Source of the DNA: an uncultured delta proteobacterium
GTDB taxonomy: Bacteria; Desulfobacterota; Binatia; UBA9968
DNA: 64,000 nt
Direction of reading: 5' to 3'
NCBI GenBank assembly: GCA_963816145.1
Contig: CAWFJP010000012.1
Span: forward strand, 90,979-154,978
A model generated the notes under the pieces. It was given only the letters and a program-made list of their open reading frames with translations. It ran no database searches and was not told the origin of the DNA. Of this stretch, positions 29,074-38,364 are shown in pieces. The position numbers were made by a program, and so were the translations under genes. Each line of letters begins with the position of its first letter. Within the stretch, counting starts at the first letter, position 1.

Positions 29074-29961
29074 ATGAAGCTGCGCTCTCTGTTTGTCGTC
29101 TCGGCAATTGCTTTTGCCCTACTTGCTGCCGGTTGTAATCTTATACTGGAACCGATCGAGCAGCGATTCCTGTTTCGGCCTTGGGGCGGGGACCCCATGA
29201 AGCTTGCATCGGTTGCTGCACGCGACAACGGCATCGAGGAAGTTCGGCTGCCGACGGCCGACGGCGTGACGCTGCATGGCTGGCTCAAGCGCCCCAAGGT
29301 GGCGCCGGCAGTTGGACGCTTTCCGCTCGTGATCGTATTCGGCGGCGCGCGCAGGGAAACTTCCTGGATAATGGATCTTGCCGACAAACCCGAGCATTGG
29401 GGCTGGCTATTTATCAATTACCGAGGCTTCGGACTATCGGAAGGCGAACCGTCCGAGCGTATTGTCCTGGCGGATACCCGTCTCATATACGATTACGCCG
29501 CGGCAAGGCCCGACGTAGATGCGACAAATATCGTGGTGCTTGGCCGGAGCCTGGGCACTTATTTCACGGTTGCCTTGGCCCGCAGCCGCGCCTTGCGCGG
29601 CGCGATCCTCGCCACGCCGTTCGATAGCATCGCCGCAGTCGGCGAAGAGCGCTATCCGTGGCTGCCGGTCGGGCTGATTCTTAATGGCCGCTATGACGCG
29701 GCCGCCCTCGCGCCGAAGATCAAAGTTCCCGCGCTGTTTGTCTTAGCCGAAAACGACGACGTGACTCCGGTGGAGAATGGCGCCGCACTCGCGCGCGCCT
29801 GGGGTGGACCGCAAAAAATTCTGACCTTGGCGGGCGCGCGCCACTACGGCATCGAGCGGCGGCCGGAATTCTGGAGCGCAGTGACGGATTTTCTCAGCGC
29901 CATCGAACCGGCCGCTTCGCGCCGCGACGATTACGCCGGACAACTCGGCGCGAAGCCGTAA
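29074..29961 (+). CDS. Alpha/beta hydrolase, probable lipoprotein
   Basis: Lipobox-like LAAGC; NYRGFG.SEG, GRSLG nucleophile elbow, AENDD, ARH. Confidence 0.85.
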   Translation: MKLRSLFVVSAIAFALLAAGCNLILEPIEQRFLFRPWGGDPMKLASVAARDNGIEEVRLPTADGVTLHGWLKRPKVAPAVGRFPLVIVFGGARRETSWIMDLADKPEHWGWLFINYRGFGLSEGEPSERIVLADTRLIYDYAAARPDVDATNIVVLGRSLGTYFTVALARSRALRGAILATPFDSIAAVGEERYPWLPVGLILNGRYDAAALAPKIKVPALFVLAENDDVTPVENGAALARAWGGPQKILTLAGARHYGIERRPEFWSAVTDFLSAIEPAASRRDDYAGQLGAKP

Positions 29962-30012
29962 ACTGCGACCCTTTCGTTCCATGCGTTGCAGCTTTTTTGT
30001 CCACGGCTAAAT

Positions 30013-30225
30013 TTACCGAACAGACCGATAAGTAGTGTATAGTTGTTCAGGCGGCATAACGAACATGTTTTTCGAGAAACAGGTTTTTGATGAGCTGAGT
30101 CTGCATCTGGCGCCGGAACACATGACGGCGCAGCGTGGCCATCATCTCAACCTTGCCGCGCGGACGGCTCTTGCCCAAGGCATGGTTGTTCACATCTTGT
30201 TTGATTAGTTCATCGGGGCGGACGC
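30013..30225 (-). mobile_element. IS630-family transposase C-terminal remnant with right end
   Basis: Minus-strand PDELIKQDVNNHALGKSRPRGKVEMMATLRRHVFRRQMQTQLIKNLFLEKHVRYAA* (stop 30047-30049) resembles IS630 transposase C-termini. Confidence 0.7.
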
Positions 30226-30275
30226 GGGACTGCCAAAACCTGACATCTGGCGTTGCCGCGGAGTGAGATCGAGCG

Positions 30276-32213
30276 ATGCAAAGTGTTTCTCATGACGTAG
30301 TTGGCCTGCCGGCACAACAACAAGCTCTCCAGGCGCGATGCTTCCACCCGACGGAGACGTTTATCGAGTTTAGGAAAGAGGAGATTGACCAGTCCATCCC
30401 GGCGCGCTTCGAAGATCAGGTACGCAAACATTCTCAACGGCTGGCCATCAAGACCAAGGAGATTGCACTCACCTATGATGCGCTGAACAGGGCGGCAAAT
30501 CGCATAGCGCACGCTCTCCTGGCGAGACGTGGAGAGGGACAAGAGCAGGTGGCGATATTCTGTCACCAAGGCGCCGTGGCGATCACCGCGATGCTCGCCG
30601 TGCTGAAAGCGGGCAAAACCTACGTGCCTCTGGATCCCATGGCGCCAAACCCGCGGAATCGGCAAATCCTCGGCGATGCTCAGATCGGACTTATCCTTGC
30701 CGACGCCGAAACTGTTTCACTCGCCGCCGATCTGGCGCAAAACGAGTTCGGCGTGATGAGTATCGCTAGTCTGGAGTCGAGTTTTTCCAGTGACAATCCC
30801 GGGCTCGGTATCTCACCCGATCGTCTTAGCTACATCATGTATACCTCCGGGTCCACAGGCGAACCCAAGGGGGTTATGCAGAATCATCGGAACGTACTCG
30901 ACAAAACCAGGGGATGGGTCAACGTTGTCCACATCTCGCCGGGAGATCGCTTGAGCCTATTGCGATCGCTTGATGTTAGCGGCTCGATCCGAGATCTATT
31001 TGGCGGCTTGCTCTGCGGTGCGACAGTTCTTCCCTTCGACGTGAAGAGGGAGGGACAGATGCATTTAGCCGACTGGTTGGTGGATGAGGAGATCACAATC
31101 TACAATTCGGTGGTAACGCTATTCCGTAACTTGGGCAGCACATTGACCGGTTCTGAGAGTTTTGCCAGCGTTCGCGTGATCAAATTAAGCGGTGAACCGG
31201 TGCGCAAGCGTGACGTCGAAATCTATAAGAAATATTTTCCGTCGCACTGCCTGGCGATCAATATGTTGGCGTCAGCGGAGGTCGGCAGCACCCGAGTCTA
31301 TTTCATCGACAAGGAAACCGCCATTCCCGACACTCTAGTGCCGATAGGTTATCCGTTGGAAGGATGCGAAGTCCTTCTACTCGACAACGATGGCAATAAG
31401 CTCGGCTTCGACGAAGTAGGTGAAATCGCCGTGCGGAGCCGCTACCTATCGCCGGGATACTGGCGCAGGTCAGACCTTACTCAAGCCTGTTTTCTTGCCG
31501 ACCCTGAAGGCGGTGATGCGCGCATCTTTCGCACGGGAGACCTCGGTTCCATGCGTCCGGATGGATGCCTAGTGCACCGGGGACGCAAAGACTTCCACGT
31601 AAAGATCAGAGGATATAGCGTCGAGATCGCCGAGGTTGAAGCGGCGTTGCTCGAACTTGACGCGGTGAAACAAGCCGTGGTCACGACTAGGGCAAACGCC
31701 CAGGGAAACCAAGTTTTGGTAGGTTATGTCGTCCTGACCGGGAAGACTACCCTCACCGTTAGCGCGATCAGGAAAGCTCTGGCCGCAAGGGTACCGGACT
31801 ATATGATCCCTTCGGCCTTTATTTTCTTGGACAGCCTTCCGCTCATCGGCCCCGGAAAAGTGAACGTCCGCGCCCTTCCGGACCCGGGCAAGACGCGCCC
31901 GGACCTCGAAGTGCCCTTTGCCCTGCCGCGCGACCCGGTCGAGGAAAAAATAGTCAAAATCTGGTCCGAGATTCTAGGCTTAAATGAGGTCGGAATTCAC
32001 GACCGTTTCTTAGAACTGGGCGGAGATTCGTTGCTCGCCACAAGGGTAATTTCCCGAATCATTGTCACTTTCCGTTGCGATTTGCCGATGCGAACTTTTT
32101 TCGCGGAACCCACTGTCGCCGCTCTAGCCGCTGTGGTGGCGCGGAACGAAACGAAGCCGTCCACGTCGGAAAAAATCAAGCGCGCGCCGAGGTCGAAGCA
32201 CATTTGGAAATAA
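30276..32213 (+). CDS. Stand-alone NRPS-like adenylation + carrier (A-T) protein
   Basis: YTSGSTGEPKG, FRTGDL, GRKDFHVKIRG, carrier motif FLELGGDSL. Confidence 0.9.
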   Translation: MQSVSHDVVGLPAQQQALQARCFHPTETFIEFRKEEIDQSIPARFEDQVRKHSQRLAIKTKEIALTYDALNRAANRIAHALLARRGEGQEQVAIFCHQGAVAITAMLAVLKAGKTYVPLDPMAPNPRNRQILGDAQIGLILADAETVSLAADLAQNEFGVMSIASLESSFSSDNPGLGISPDRLSYIMYTSGSTGEPKGVMQNHRNVLDKTRGWVNVVHISPGDRLSLLRSLDVSGSIRDLFGGLLCGATVLPFDVKREGQMHLADWLVDEEITIYNSVVTLFRNLGSTLTGSESFASVRVIKLSGEPVRKRDVEIYKKYFPSHCLAINMLASAEVGSTRVYFIDKETAIPDTLVPIGYPLEGCEVLLLDNDGNKLGFDEVGEIAVRSRYLSPGYWRRSDLTQACFLADPEGGDARIFRTGDLGSMRPDGCLVHRGRKDFHVKIRGYSVEIAEVEAALLELDAVKQAVVTTRANAQGNQVLVGYVVLTGKTTLTVSAIRKALAARVPDYMIPSAFIFLDSLPLIGPGKVNVRALPDPGKTRPDLEVPFALPRDPVEEKIVKIWSEILGLNEVGIHDRFLELGGDSLLATRVISRIIVTFRCDLPMRTFFAEPTVAALAAVVARNETKPSTSEKIKRAPRSKHIWK

Positions 32214-32343
32214 AAGCGCCAGTACTTTTGTCTAATGGGGAGAAATGGACATTTCAAACTTATGCGTCGTCCATGGGAATTGCAAAACCGAAACATGGAA
32301 TGAGGGAACGATAAGGAAACTAGGCTCGCGCCGGCCCCCAAGT

Positions 32344-32418
32344 AAGTATCGACTTGGGCGATTATAATCGGAGATGCGGACGGAGTTTAAGAAGTCGGTG
32401 TTGCAAAACATGGAATAG
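32344..32418 (+). repeat. Orphan copy 2 of the thyX 3' end (more degraded)
   Basis: KYRLGRL*SEMRTEFKKSVLQNME*; shares the exact 26-mer TCGGAGATGCGGACGGAGTTTAAGAA with thyX and copy 1. Confidence 0.9.
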
Positions 32419-32585
32419 GCTACTGGAAGACGTGGATTTCGCAGATCGGGTTCAGAGGTGTCAAAAAATGAAGAAGACAAAACGAGAATTTCTCCGGGTA
32501 AATCGGGGGCACTGATAAGTAGCTTATCCGCTGGACAAAGTTATATGACGTATTCGATCGCCTGGGAACTGGCGTATCTGAAGTA

Positions 32586-32786
32586 ATGAAGGATCACGGC
32601 GATTTATTAGATGAGGTTCTTCGAGAAGCGATCTTACAAGACAACATCGTCCAGCTTAATATGAGCCTGCCTCCAGCCATGAAGGCCGTGCTAGGCAAGC
32701 CTGTGCGCCAGCGCACGACGGATGCGACGACCCTTGCTCGCATATGTCTCGCGGAACGATTGGAACGAGAAGTAAAAGCGGGTTGA
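32586..32786 (+). pseudogene. Possible CopG-like antitoxin remnant
   Basis: LNMSLPP..K..L......TDATTLARI.L.ERL resembles ribbon-helix-helix antitoxins; N-terminus appears broken. Confidence 0.35.
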
Positions 32787-32850
32787 TTTGACAAAATGTT
32801 AGCCGTTCCCCGATGCTGCCGCTCTAAAAAATCAATACTCAGGCCTGCCC

Positions 32851-32958
32851 CGGATTTTCTCAACGCCATCGAACCGGCCGCTTCGGGCCGCGACGATTAC
32901 GCCGGGCAACTCGGCACGAAGCCTTAAACTGCGACCCTCTCGTTCCACGCGTTGCGGC
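32851..32958 (+). repeat. Orphan copy of the 3' end plus downstream DNA of the hydrolase gene (29885-29992)
   Basis: About 108 nt direct repeat with about 8 mismatches by eye, spanning the stop codon. Confidence 0.92.
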
Positions 32959-33084
32959 ATTTGGGCGAGAGCTTAGGGTCATGTCTACTTTGGAATTATT
33001 CCCAGGCTTGCTTTCGAACGCGCTTTACTAATTATTCCCTGGGTGCACTGATCCAGTCGCTATCCAGCTTGGGTTTATGGCCGG

Positions 33085-34077
33085 CTAGCGTTGTTTGAAT
33101 AACTTGTCGATAAAACCTTCGCGCACCAGCCGGTCGAGGATCGAGTTGTCGGCGACGGTCTCGACGGCGATCGGCTTTTTGCCCATGAACTCGACGATCG
33201 GTGCGATCGCTTCGGGCTCAACGCGCGGGACGCGCTCCAAGAACTTTACCGAATCGGTGTACAGTTCTTCGATCAAGCGCTGATCTTTGAGGCGGGTGTA
33301 TTTCTCAATCACTTTGAACGCGCGATCTTTCTGGTTGTGCGTTGCGGCGACGCCTTCGAGGTAGGCGCGGGTAAAGGCTTCGGCCAGCTCGGGCGAGCGG
33401 CGCAGGTAGTCGCGCGTCAGGGCGATCACGATGTTGGAGTATTGAATGTCGAGCTCGTTCATGTCGACGAGCATGCGCATCGGCGCGTTGACGCGCAGCG
33501 CGGATATCACCGCGCCGGCAATCTGTTTGAGTTGAAACGCTGCGGCGATTTCTGTGGTGCCGCCGAACTGGCGCACCGTGACCGCGCCGTCGAGTCCCTT
33601 TTTGCGCAACAGCATCCGCGTCATGTTGTCGGTCACCGAGCCGAAGCGCGAAACGCCCAAGGTCTTGCCGCGCAATTGCTCGACGCGGGTGATTTCCGGC
33701 TGCGTCCATAAGCGATAATAGGGCCGATTCACCAGACTCATGATCGCAACCAGCGGCGCTCCGCCCAGCACGGCGGCGATCACCGAGTTGGTCGCGGCAA
33801 ATCCGCCCTGCAAATCGCCGCCGATCAAGGCCTGCACGACGATCGGTCCGGAAGAAATAAAGATCAGATCGGCATCGATGCCGTATTTTTCGAAGGCGCC
33901 GGTCTCCTTGGCCATCCACAGGCCGGTGCCGGCAGGCCCGACGGTGGAATATCCGAGCGTGAATTTCTTGAGATCGGCTGCGGTCGCCCCGTTGCACAAC
34001 CAGAAAATCATTGAAATAACCGTCAACGCTTTTGCAAACGGGCGGCAGATTGCGTTATGAGCGTGCGCAGGTTTCAT
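33085..34077 (-). CDS. ABC substrate-binding protein, NMT1/SsuA-like
   Basis: FEKYGIDADL, LRGKTLGVSRFGSVTD, DNSILDRLVREGF; start uncertain. Confidence 0.85.
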   Translation of the reverse strand: MKPAHAHNAICRPFAKALTVISMIFWLCNGATAADLKKFTLGYSTVGPAGTGLWMAKETGAFEKYGIDADLIFISSGPIVVQALIGGDLQGGFAATNSVIAAVLGGAPLVAIMSLVNRPYYRLWTQPEITRVEQLRGKTLGVSRFGSVTDNMTRMLLRKKGLDGAVTVRQFGGTTEIAAAFQLKQIAGAVISALRVNAPMRMLVDMNELDIQYSNIVIALTRDYLRRSPELAEAFTRAYLEGVAATHNQKDRAFKVIEKYTRLKDQRLIEELYTDSVKFLERVPRVEPEAIAPIVEFMGKKPIAVETVADNSILDRLVREGFIDKLFKQR

Positions 34078-34101
34078 CGGATGGCGCGGTCGGTTCGATG
34101 A

Positions 34102-35238
34102 TTACGATTTCTCGCCGAGAATCTGCGTCAGCAGCTTCTCCAGCGGCCGCAGGTCTTTTGAATCCGGCGCGTCGCTGTCGAAATAGTTCAGATGGTCGGT
34201 GCGCTGCTCTTGCGCCGGGACATGGTCTTTGGGGATATCGAGGCGGCGCGAGTTCTTTGAATCGCCGGGCTGGCTCATTTCTTTTTGAAAAGCGATTTGG
34301 CCTTCGCGCGAAAGATACCAATTAATGAATACTTTGGCGGCGTTGGGATGAGGCGCGCGGTTCATGAGTGCCAGTTGTCCGAACGCGGACGAGATATTGA
34401 TGCCCTCTTTGAAGTGGGTGATGGAAAAATCGGAAATCGGCAGGCCCTGATTCTTGGCCTTGATCACCGCGGAATCCTGGCAGGGGACACAGACCGCGAC
34501 CTTGCCGCTGGCAACCCAGTCGACAGCTTGACGGATTTCACCGGCCATCACCACTTCCATCTCGCTAAAGAGTCGTTGGACAAACTTCACGCCGAGCTCT
34601 TTGTGGTAATAAAGATACTGCCAGGAGGCGCCGGCGCCGCGGACTCTGCGTGGGTCGACGGAGGTGATTTTGCCCTTCAGCTTGGGATTGAGAAGATCCC
34701 AGTAGGATCGGTACTCGGCGGGATTCAATAGTTGGGTGTTATAGGCCGCGTTGCCGCCGCTCGAGACGTTGCCCTCGTAGACGAAGATGTAGCGGCTGTC
34801 CCGGTCGGTGTACTTGTGAGTTTTCTCCCACCACTTGGAGGTGTCGGTAACCTCGGGAAGAATCAGCGCCGGTTTGATCGGATCGAGAAACTTGGCGAGA
34901 TAGAGCGCTTGGTATAGAGAATTGCCGCCGCCGTTATAGACGTCAGCCAGATATTTTTCGCCGCGCCGTTCGGCGGCGATGCGCTGGCTCAAGTCGGTGC
35001 CTGAGCCGCCAATGGTGACCACTTTGATCTTGGGAAAAGCTTTCTGAAAGGCGCCGGACTCGATGACTTTGCTGTAGCCGGAAAAGTACAGGGTAACTTG
35101 CCCCTCGGCTTCCGCCGCTTTGACGGTTTTGTCCCATTCCGCGCGCCAGGCCTCTGCCGCCGGACTCATTTGAGGCGCAAAAAGGATCGCCAGCCAGGTA
35201 ATTACCAAGATTAAAACTCTCGCCGTGTTGTGATTCAT
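34102..35238 (-). CDS. ABC extracellular solute-binding protein
   Basis: Signal peptide; WDKTVKAAEAEG, SYWDLLNPKLKGK, APHPNAAKVFINWYLSREGQ. Confidence 0.85.
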   Translation of the reverse strand: MNHNTARVLILVITWLAILFAPQMSPAAEAWRAEWDKTVKAAEAEGQVTLYFSGYSKVIESGAFQKAFPKIKVVTIGGSGTDLSQRIAAERRGEKYLADVYNGGGNSLYQALYLAKFLDPIKPALILPEVTDTSKWWEKTHKYTDRDSRYIFVYEGNVSSGGNAAYNTQLLNPAEYRSYWDLLNPKLKGKITSVDPRRVRGAGASWQYLYYHKELGVKFVQRLFSEMEVVMAGEIRQAVDWVASGKVAVCVPCQDSAVIKAKNQGLPISDFSITHFKEGINISSAFGQLALMNRAPHPNAAKVFINWYLSREGQIAFQKEMSQPGDSKNSRRLDIPKDHVPAQEQRTDHLNYFDSDAPDSKDLRPLEKLLTQILGEKS

Positions 35239-35302
35239 CCGAATACAAACCCCTGAATGCTGACCTTTTCTACCTGACCGCGCCGTTCCGCCAATTGTTT
35301 TG

Positions 35303-36004
35303 CTAAAACTTTTCCGACCACGGTCGTAACTCAATCTGCGATGCCCATGCGCTGCGGTGCTGGCGGTGCAGGTGGAGATAGGTCTGCGCAATGGCGTCCG
35401 GGTCGAGACAACCGTCGGGGCCGCGTTCGGTGAGTCGTTCCGGGCGCTCCGGGTTGGTGATGCCGCCGTCGATCACCACTTGCGCGACGTGAATATTTCG
35501 CGGCTGCAGCTCGCGCGCCATGCTTTGCACCAGTCCGGTCAAACCCATTTTCCCCATGGCGAATGCCGGAGAGTTGGCGTAGCCTTTGACGCTCGCGGAC
35601 GCGCCGGTGAATAGGATCGTGCCGCTGCCGGCTTTGATCATGCGCTTGGCCGCCTCCTGGCCGATCAGAAAGCCGCCATAACAGGTAATCAAGATCGTCT
35701 GGCGCACGTCTTCGGGGTCGAGATCGGTGACCGGACCGCGGACACGGCCGCTGGCGTTGTAGACGACGAGATTGGGATCGCCGATATCTTGGCTCACCGA
35801 CTGGAATAGCTTTTTCACGTCCGTCGGGCTGCTCGCATCGCAAGCGTAGGCGCGGCCGTCGATTTCTTTGACCAAGCCGTCCAGTTTCTTGACGTTGCGC
35901 GAGGCCATTGCCACCTTCATTCCTTCTTTCTTGAACAGCCTTGCCAACGAAGCGCTCAATCCCGGTCCGCTGCCGACAATCAATGCGATTTCTGGTTGTG
36001 CCAT
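35303..36004 (-). CDS. SDR family oxidoreductase
   Basis: GSGPGLS, VYNA, FTGASAS, QSMAREL, IDG, ELRPW.EKF. Confidence 0.9.
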   Translation of the reverse strand: MAQPEIALIVGSGPGLSASLARLFKKEGMKVAMASRNVKKLDGLVKEIDGRAYACDASSPTDVKKLFQSVSQDIGDPNLVVYNASGRVRGPVTDLDPEDVRQTILITCYGGFLIGQEAAKRMIKAGSGTILFTGASASVKGYANSPAFAMGKMGLTGLVQSMARELQPRNIHVAQVVIDGGITNPERPERLTERGPDGCLDPDAIAQTYLHLHRQHRSAWASQIELRPWSEKF

Positions 36005-36138
36005 GGCGATCCTCCAACGGCGGGATATTAAGATGAACTCGGGCTGTCAATCAAGACAACGAAGTGTCCATGAGCTGACAATCGTCTAAAGAATATGAGA
36101 TTGGCGGGATTTCCCTCCATATACACCTCTCCCCGACT

Positions 36139-36216
36139 CGTCATTCCCGCGCAGGCGGGAATCCAGGTTTTTTCACCGCCGAGTTAGCCTGGATACCCGC
36201 TTTCGCGGGTATGACG
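36139..36216. repeat. REP-like palindrome, GTCATTCCCGCGnAGGCGGGAATCC family
   Basis: cgtcattcccgcgcaggcgggaatccagg ... cctggatacccgctttcgcgggtatgacg. Confidence 0.8.
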
Positions 36217-36279
36217 GAGCTAGGCGGTTTCTTCGATCGGTAAATTTTCTTCGCATGCCTATTTTCGAAGGAGCAATTT

Positions 36280-36422
36280 CATCGAAGACGAACCAAGTGG
36301 ATAACGACGAGCTAGAGCGTATTCTCGCCGAGGCGCGGCAGTTGCAACTGCCGCGGGGAAATCTTTATCGCAATCAAGCATTCAAGAAGGACTGCAATCA
36401 CAACAACAATCCGCATGAAGGC
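36280..36422 (+). pseudogene. Internally deleted, diverged copy of the yajD 5' half
   Basis: ELERILAEARQLQLPRGNLYRNQAFK|KDCNHNNNPHEG versus ELEHILAEARKMRLRRGNIYRDRALK[25 aa]KDRNHDNNPPDG. Confidence 0.8.
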
Positions 36423-36745
36423 TACCCGATGCTCTCGCTGAAGCACCAACCTACGATACCTGACGTCAGTGAGTGTCGCAATTCTCCTTACTGAAGTTGA
36501 TTTCTACCTACTGATTCTTGTTTTGTTCGTCATATCATTCGCGCCGGTTGGGTCGAAGGCGTCTCTCCGAATGAAATTTATAATTTTATGTCGGTGCGGA
36601 AGTCCCAGCGCTGCAATGAGTTATGCGCCGCGCGGCGATGTATTATCTGCCGATTGATCTGTCACGACAATGTGGCATGCGACTTGCGGTTTTACTGATT
36701 GTGCGCGCAATCGTTGGTGCAGCAATAAACAGAGGAGGAGAAATA

Positions 36746-37144
36746 GTGAAATTTAAAAAATCCGCAATTGCAGCCGCCATCGTGGGGGGTGCCCTAGGGT
36801 TAGCGGCGAACTTTGTCGGTGCGAAGGAAAACATCCACAGCAGGCGTGGATTGCCGACGGATCGTTACCCGGTCACGATCGGAGACGATTCGAGTCTGGC
36901 ACCTGGTGTCCCGGGGGTGACGGAGGAAAACACTTCAGATATGACTGCAGATGAAGTGAGGAAAGTGCAGCAGGCGTTGGCAGCCGAGGGATACGATCCG
37001 GGCCGCTCCGACGGCGCCATGACCAATGATACCCGGGCAGCCATCCGGGAATTTCAGAAGGATAATGGCATAGTGATGACGGGCGGTCTCGATGCCAAAA
37101 CGGCGATGCTTCTCGGCATCGAGTTCAGCCGATCGTCGGGTTGA
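36746..37144 (+). CDS. Secreted peptidoglycan-binding domain protein
   Basis: GTG with RBS GAGGAGG; signal peptide; VRKVQQAL...GYDPG..DG....TRAAIREFQ. Confidence 0.8.
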   Translation: MKFKKSAIAAAIVGGALGLAANFVGAKENIHSRRGLPTDRYPVTIGDDSSLAPGVPGVTEENTSDMTADEVRKVQQALAAEGYDPGRSDGAMTNDTRAAIREFQKDNGIVMTGGLDAKTAMLLGIEFSRSSG

Positions 37145-37281
37145 ACTGGTTTAGAGCGAGCCAGGTAAATTAAATATAAATAGTAACCCAGCGTTGCGCG
37201 CATGAGGATGACACTGCGGTTCGGCCGACAAACTCGGTCACCACGGAGCCCAGTTCCGGTCGGACCCAGTGTCATTCTTAG

Positions 37282-37456
37282 CTAGTGTCCTGGTCCAGAA
37301 GTTCGCAAAACAGGTCGGACGGCCTGATATCGTCATGGCGGAGAAAGCCGGCATCCAGGTTGGCGATTTTCCTGGATTGCGGGTCGCGCTAGCTATCGCC
37401 AGCTTGCCCGGAATGACGGATGAATTATGTAGCGGACTTTTGGGTCGGCACGCTAG
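37282..37456. mobile_element. MITE-like element with CTAG-bounded imperfect terminal inverted repeats enclosing a REP-like palindrome
   Basis: ctagtgtcctggtccagaagttcgc ... gcggacttttgggtcggcacgctag; internal cgtcatggcg...ggaatgacg at 37331-37418. Confidence 0.55.
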
Positions 37457-37602
37457 GGAGAAAAGGAATTGCGAAATTGGGTCGTGCCGTGCCCCGCATT
37501 TTTTTGTCAGTCTTGCTGTGAGTCGCGCACAAGACTAGACTCCAAATCGATAGACTCTGAATTTCGACTGGTGTGGGTTTCAGAGGGTTGGTTTCGATTC
37601 AC

Positions 37603-37983
37603 ATGACTGCAAAGACGACCCGATCGGAGAGCGGCGAGCTGGAGCACATTCTTGCCGAGGCGCGCAAGATGCGCTTGCGGCGAGGGAATATTTATCGCGA
37701 TCGAGCGCTTAAGATTTTGCCGTGGATTTGCGCCTGGTGCGGGCGGGAATTTAACAGCAAGAAATTGCACGAGCTGACGGTGCACCACAAGGACCGCAAC
37801 CACGACAACAATCCGCCTGACGGCAGCAACTGGGAACTCCTGTGCCTGTACTGCCACGACAGCGAGCACTCACGGTCGCTCGATCGGGAAGCAAGCAGCG
37901 AGACCGTGGTGCATGACGATGAAGACAGTCCGCAGACCTACAATCCTTTCGCCGTCCTAAAAAAACTCAAACCCAAAAAATAG
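37603..37983 (+). CDS. yajD: YajD-family HNH nuclease
   Basis: YRDRALKILPWICAWCGREF, LTVHHKD.NHDNNPPDGSNWELLCLYCHD.EH. Confidence 0.92.
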   Translation: MTAKTTRSESGELEHILAEARKMRLRRGNIYRDRALKILPWICAWCGREFNSKKLHELTVHHKDRNHDNNPPDGSNWELLCLYCHDSEHSRSLDREASSETVVHDDEDSPQTYNPFAVLKKLKPKK

Positions 37984-38267
37984 CCGCAAGTTGCATCCGC
38001 GGGCAATCTTAACCGAGCAGCAAGTGTCGTAAACCGTTGCGCAATCGCTGCATCGCTCGACTCGTAAAAATCTCAGCGGTTTGAAAACGAGGCATAAACC
38101 GTAACCTTTGTTGCACAATGCCTGCCTAAACGAAAGACGAAAAAGACGCTACAAAGTTTCTCGGGCTTAATGAATTCAAACGCAAAACAGCTGCAGTTTA
38201 AATTGCTGGCTCTTCGCGTAATCGAGTGGGTGAAATTTGTTGGGAAATGCTGTTCTTGTAGGTTTCA

Positions 38268-38364
38268 CCCCCCTTTAGAAAAGGGGGGTTGGGGGGATTT
38301 TGTGCAGAAGACGATCTTTCAAGCCATGAAAAATCCCTCCTAACCTCCCTTTGCGAAAGGGAGG
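38268..38364. repeat. REP-like paired hairpins, CCCCCTTT-N-AAAGGGGG family
   Basis: cccccctttagaaaaggggggttggggggattt ... aaatccctcctaacctccctttgcgaaagggagg. Confidence 0.75.

Noticed and set aside
23575-32418. Diversity-generating retroelement (template/variable repeat) explanation for the thyX tail copies
   Set aside because: No reverse transcriptase is in the window, and mismatches are not confined to adenines but fall mainly at synonymous sites.
24941-33000. Classical integron cassette array
   Set aside because: No intI gene and no attC-like palindromes with RYYYAAC/GTTRRRY ends were recognised; the delimiters are gene tails.
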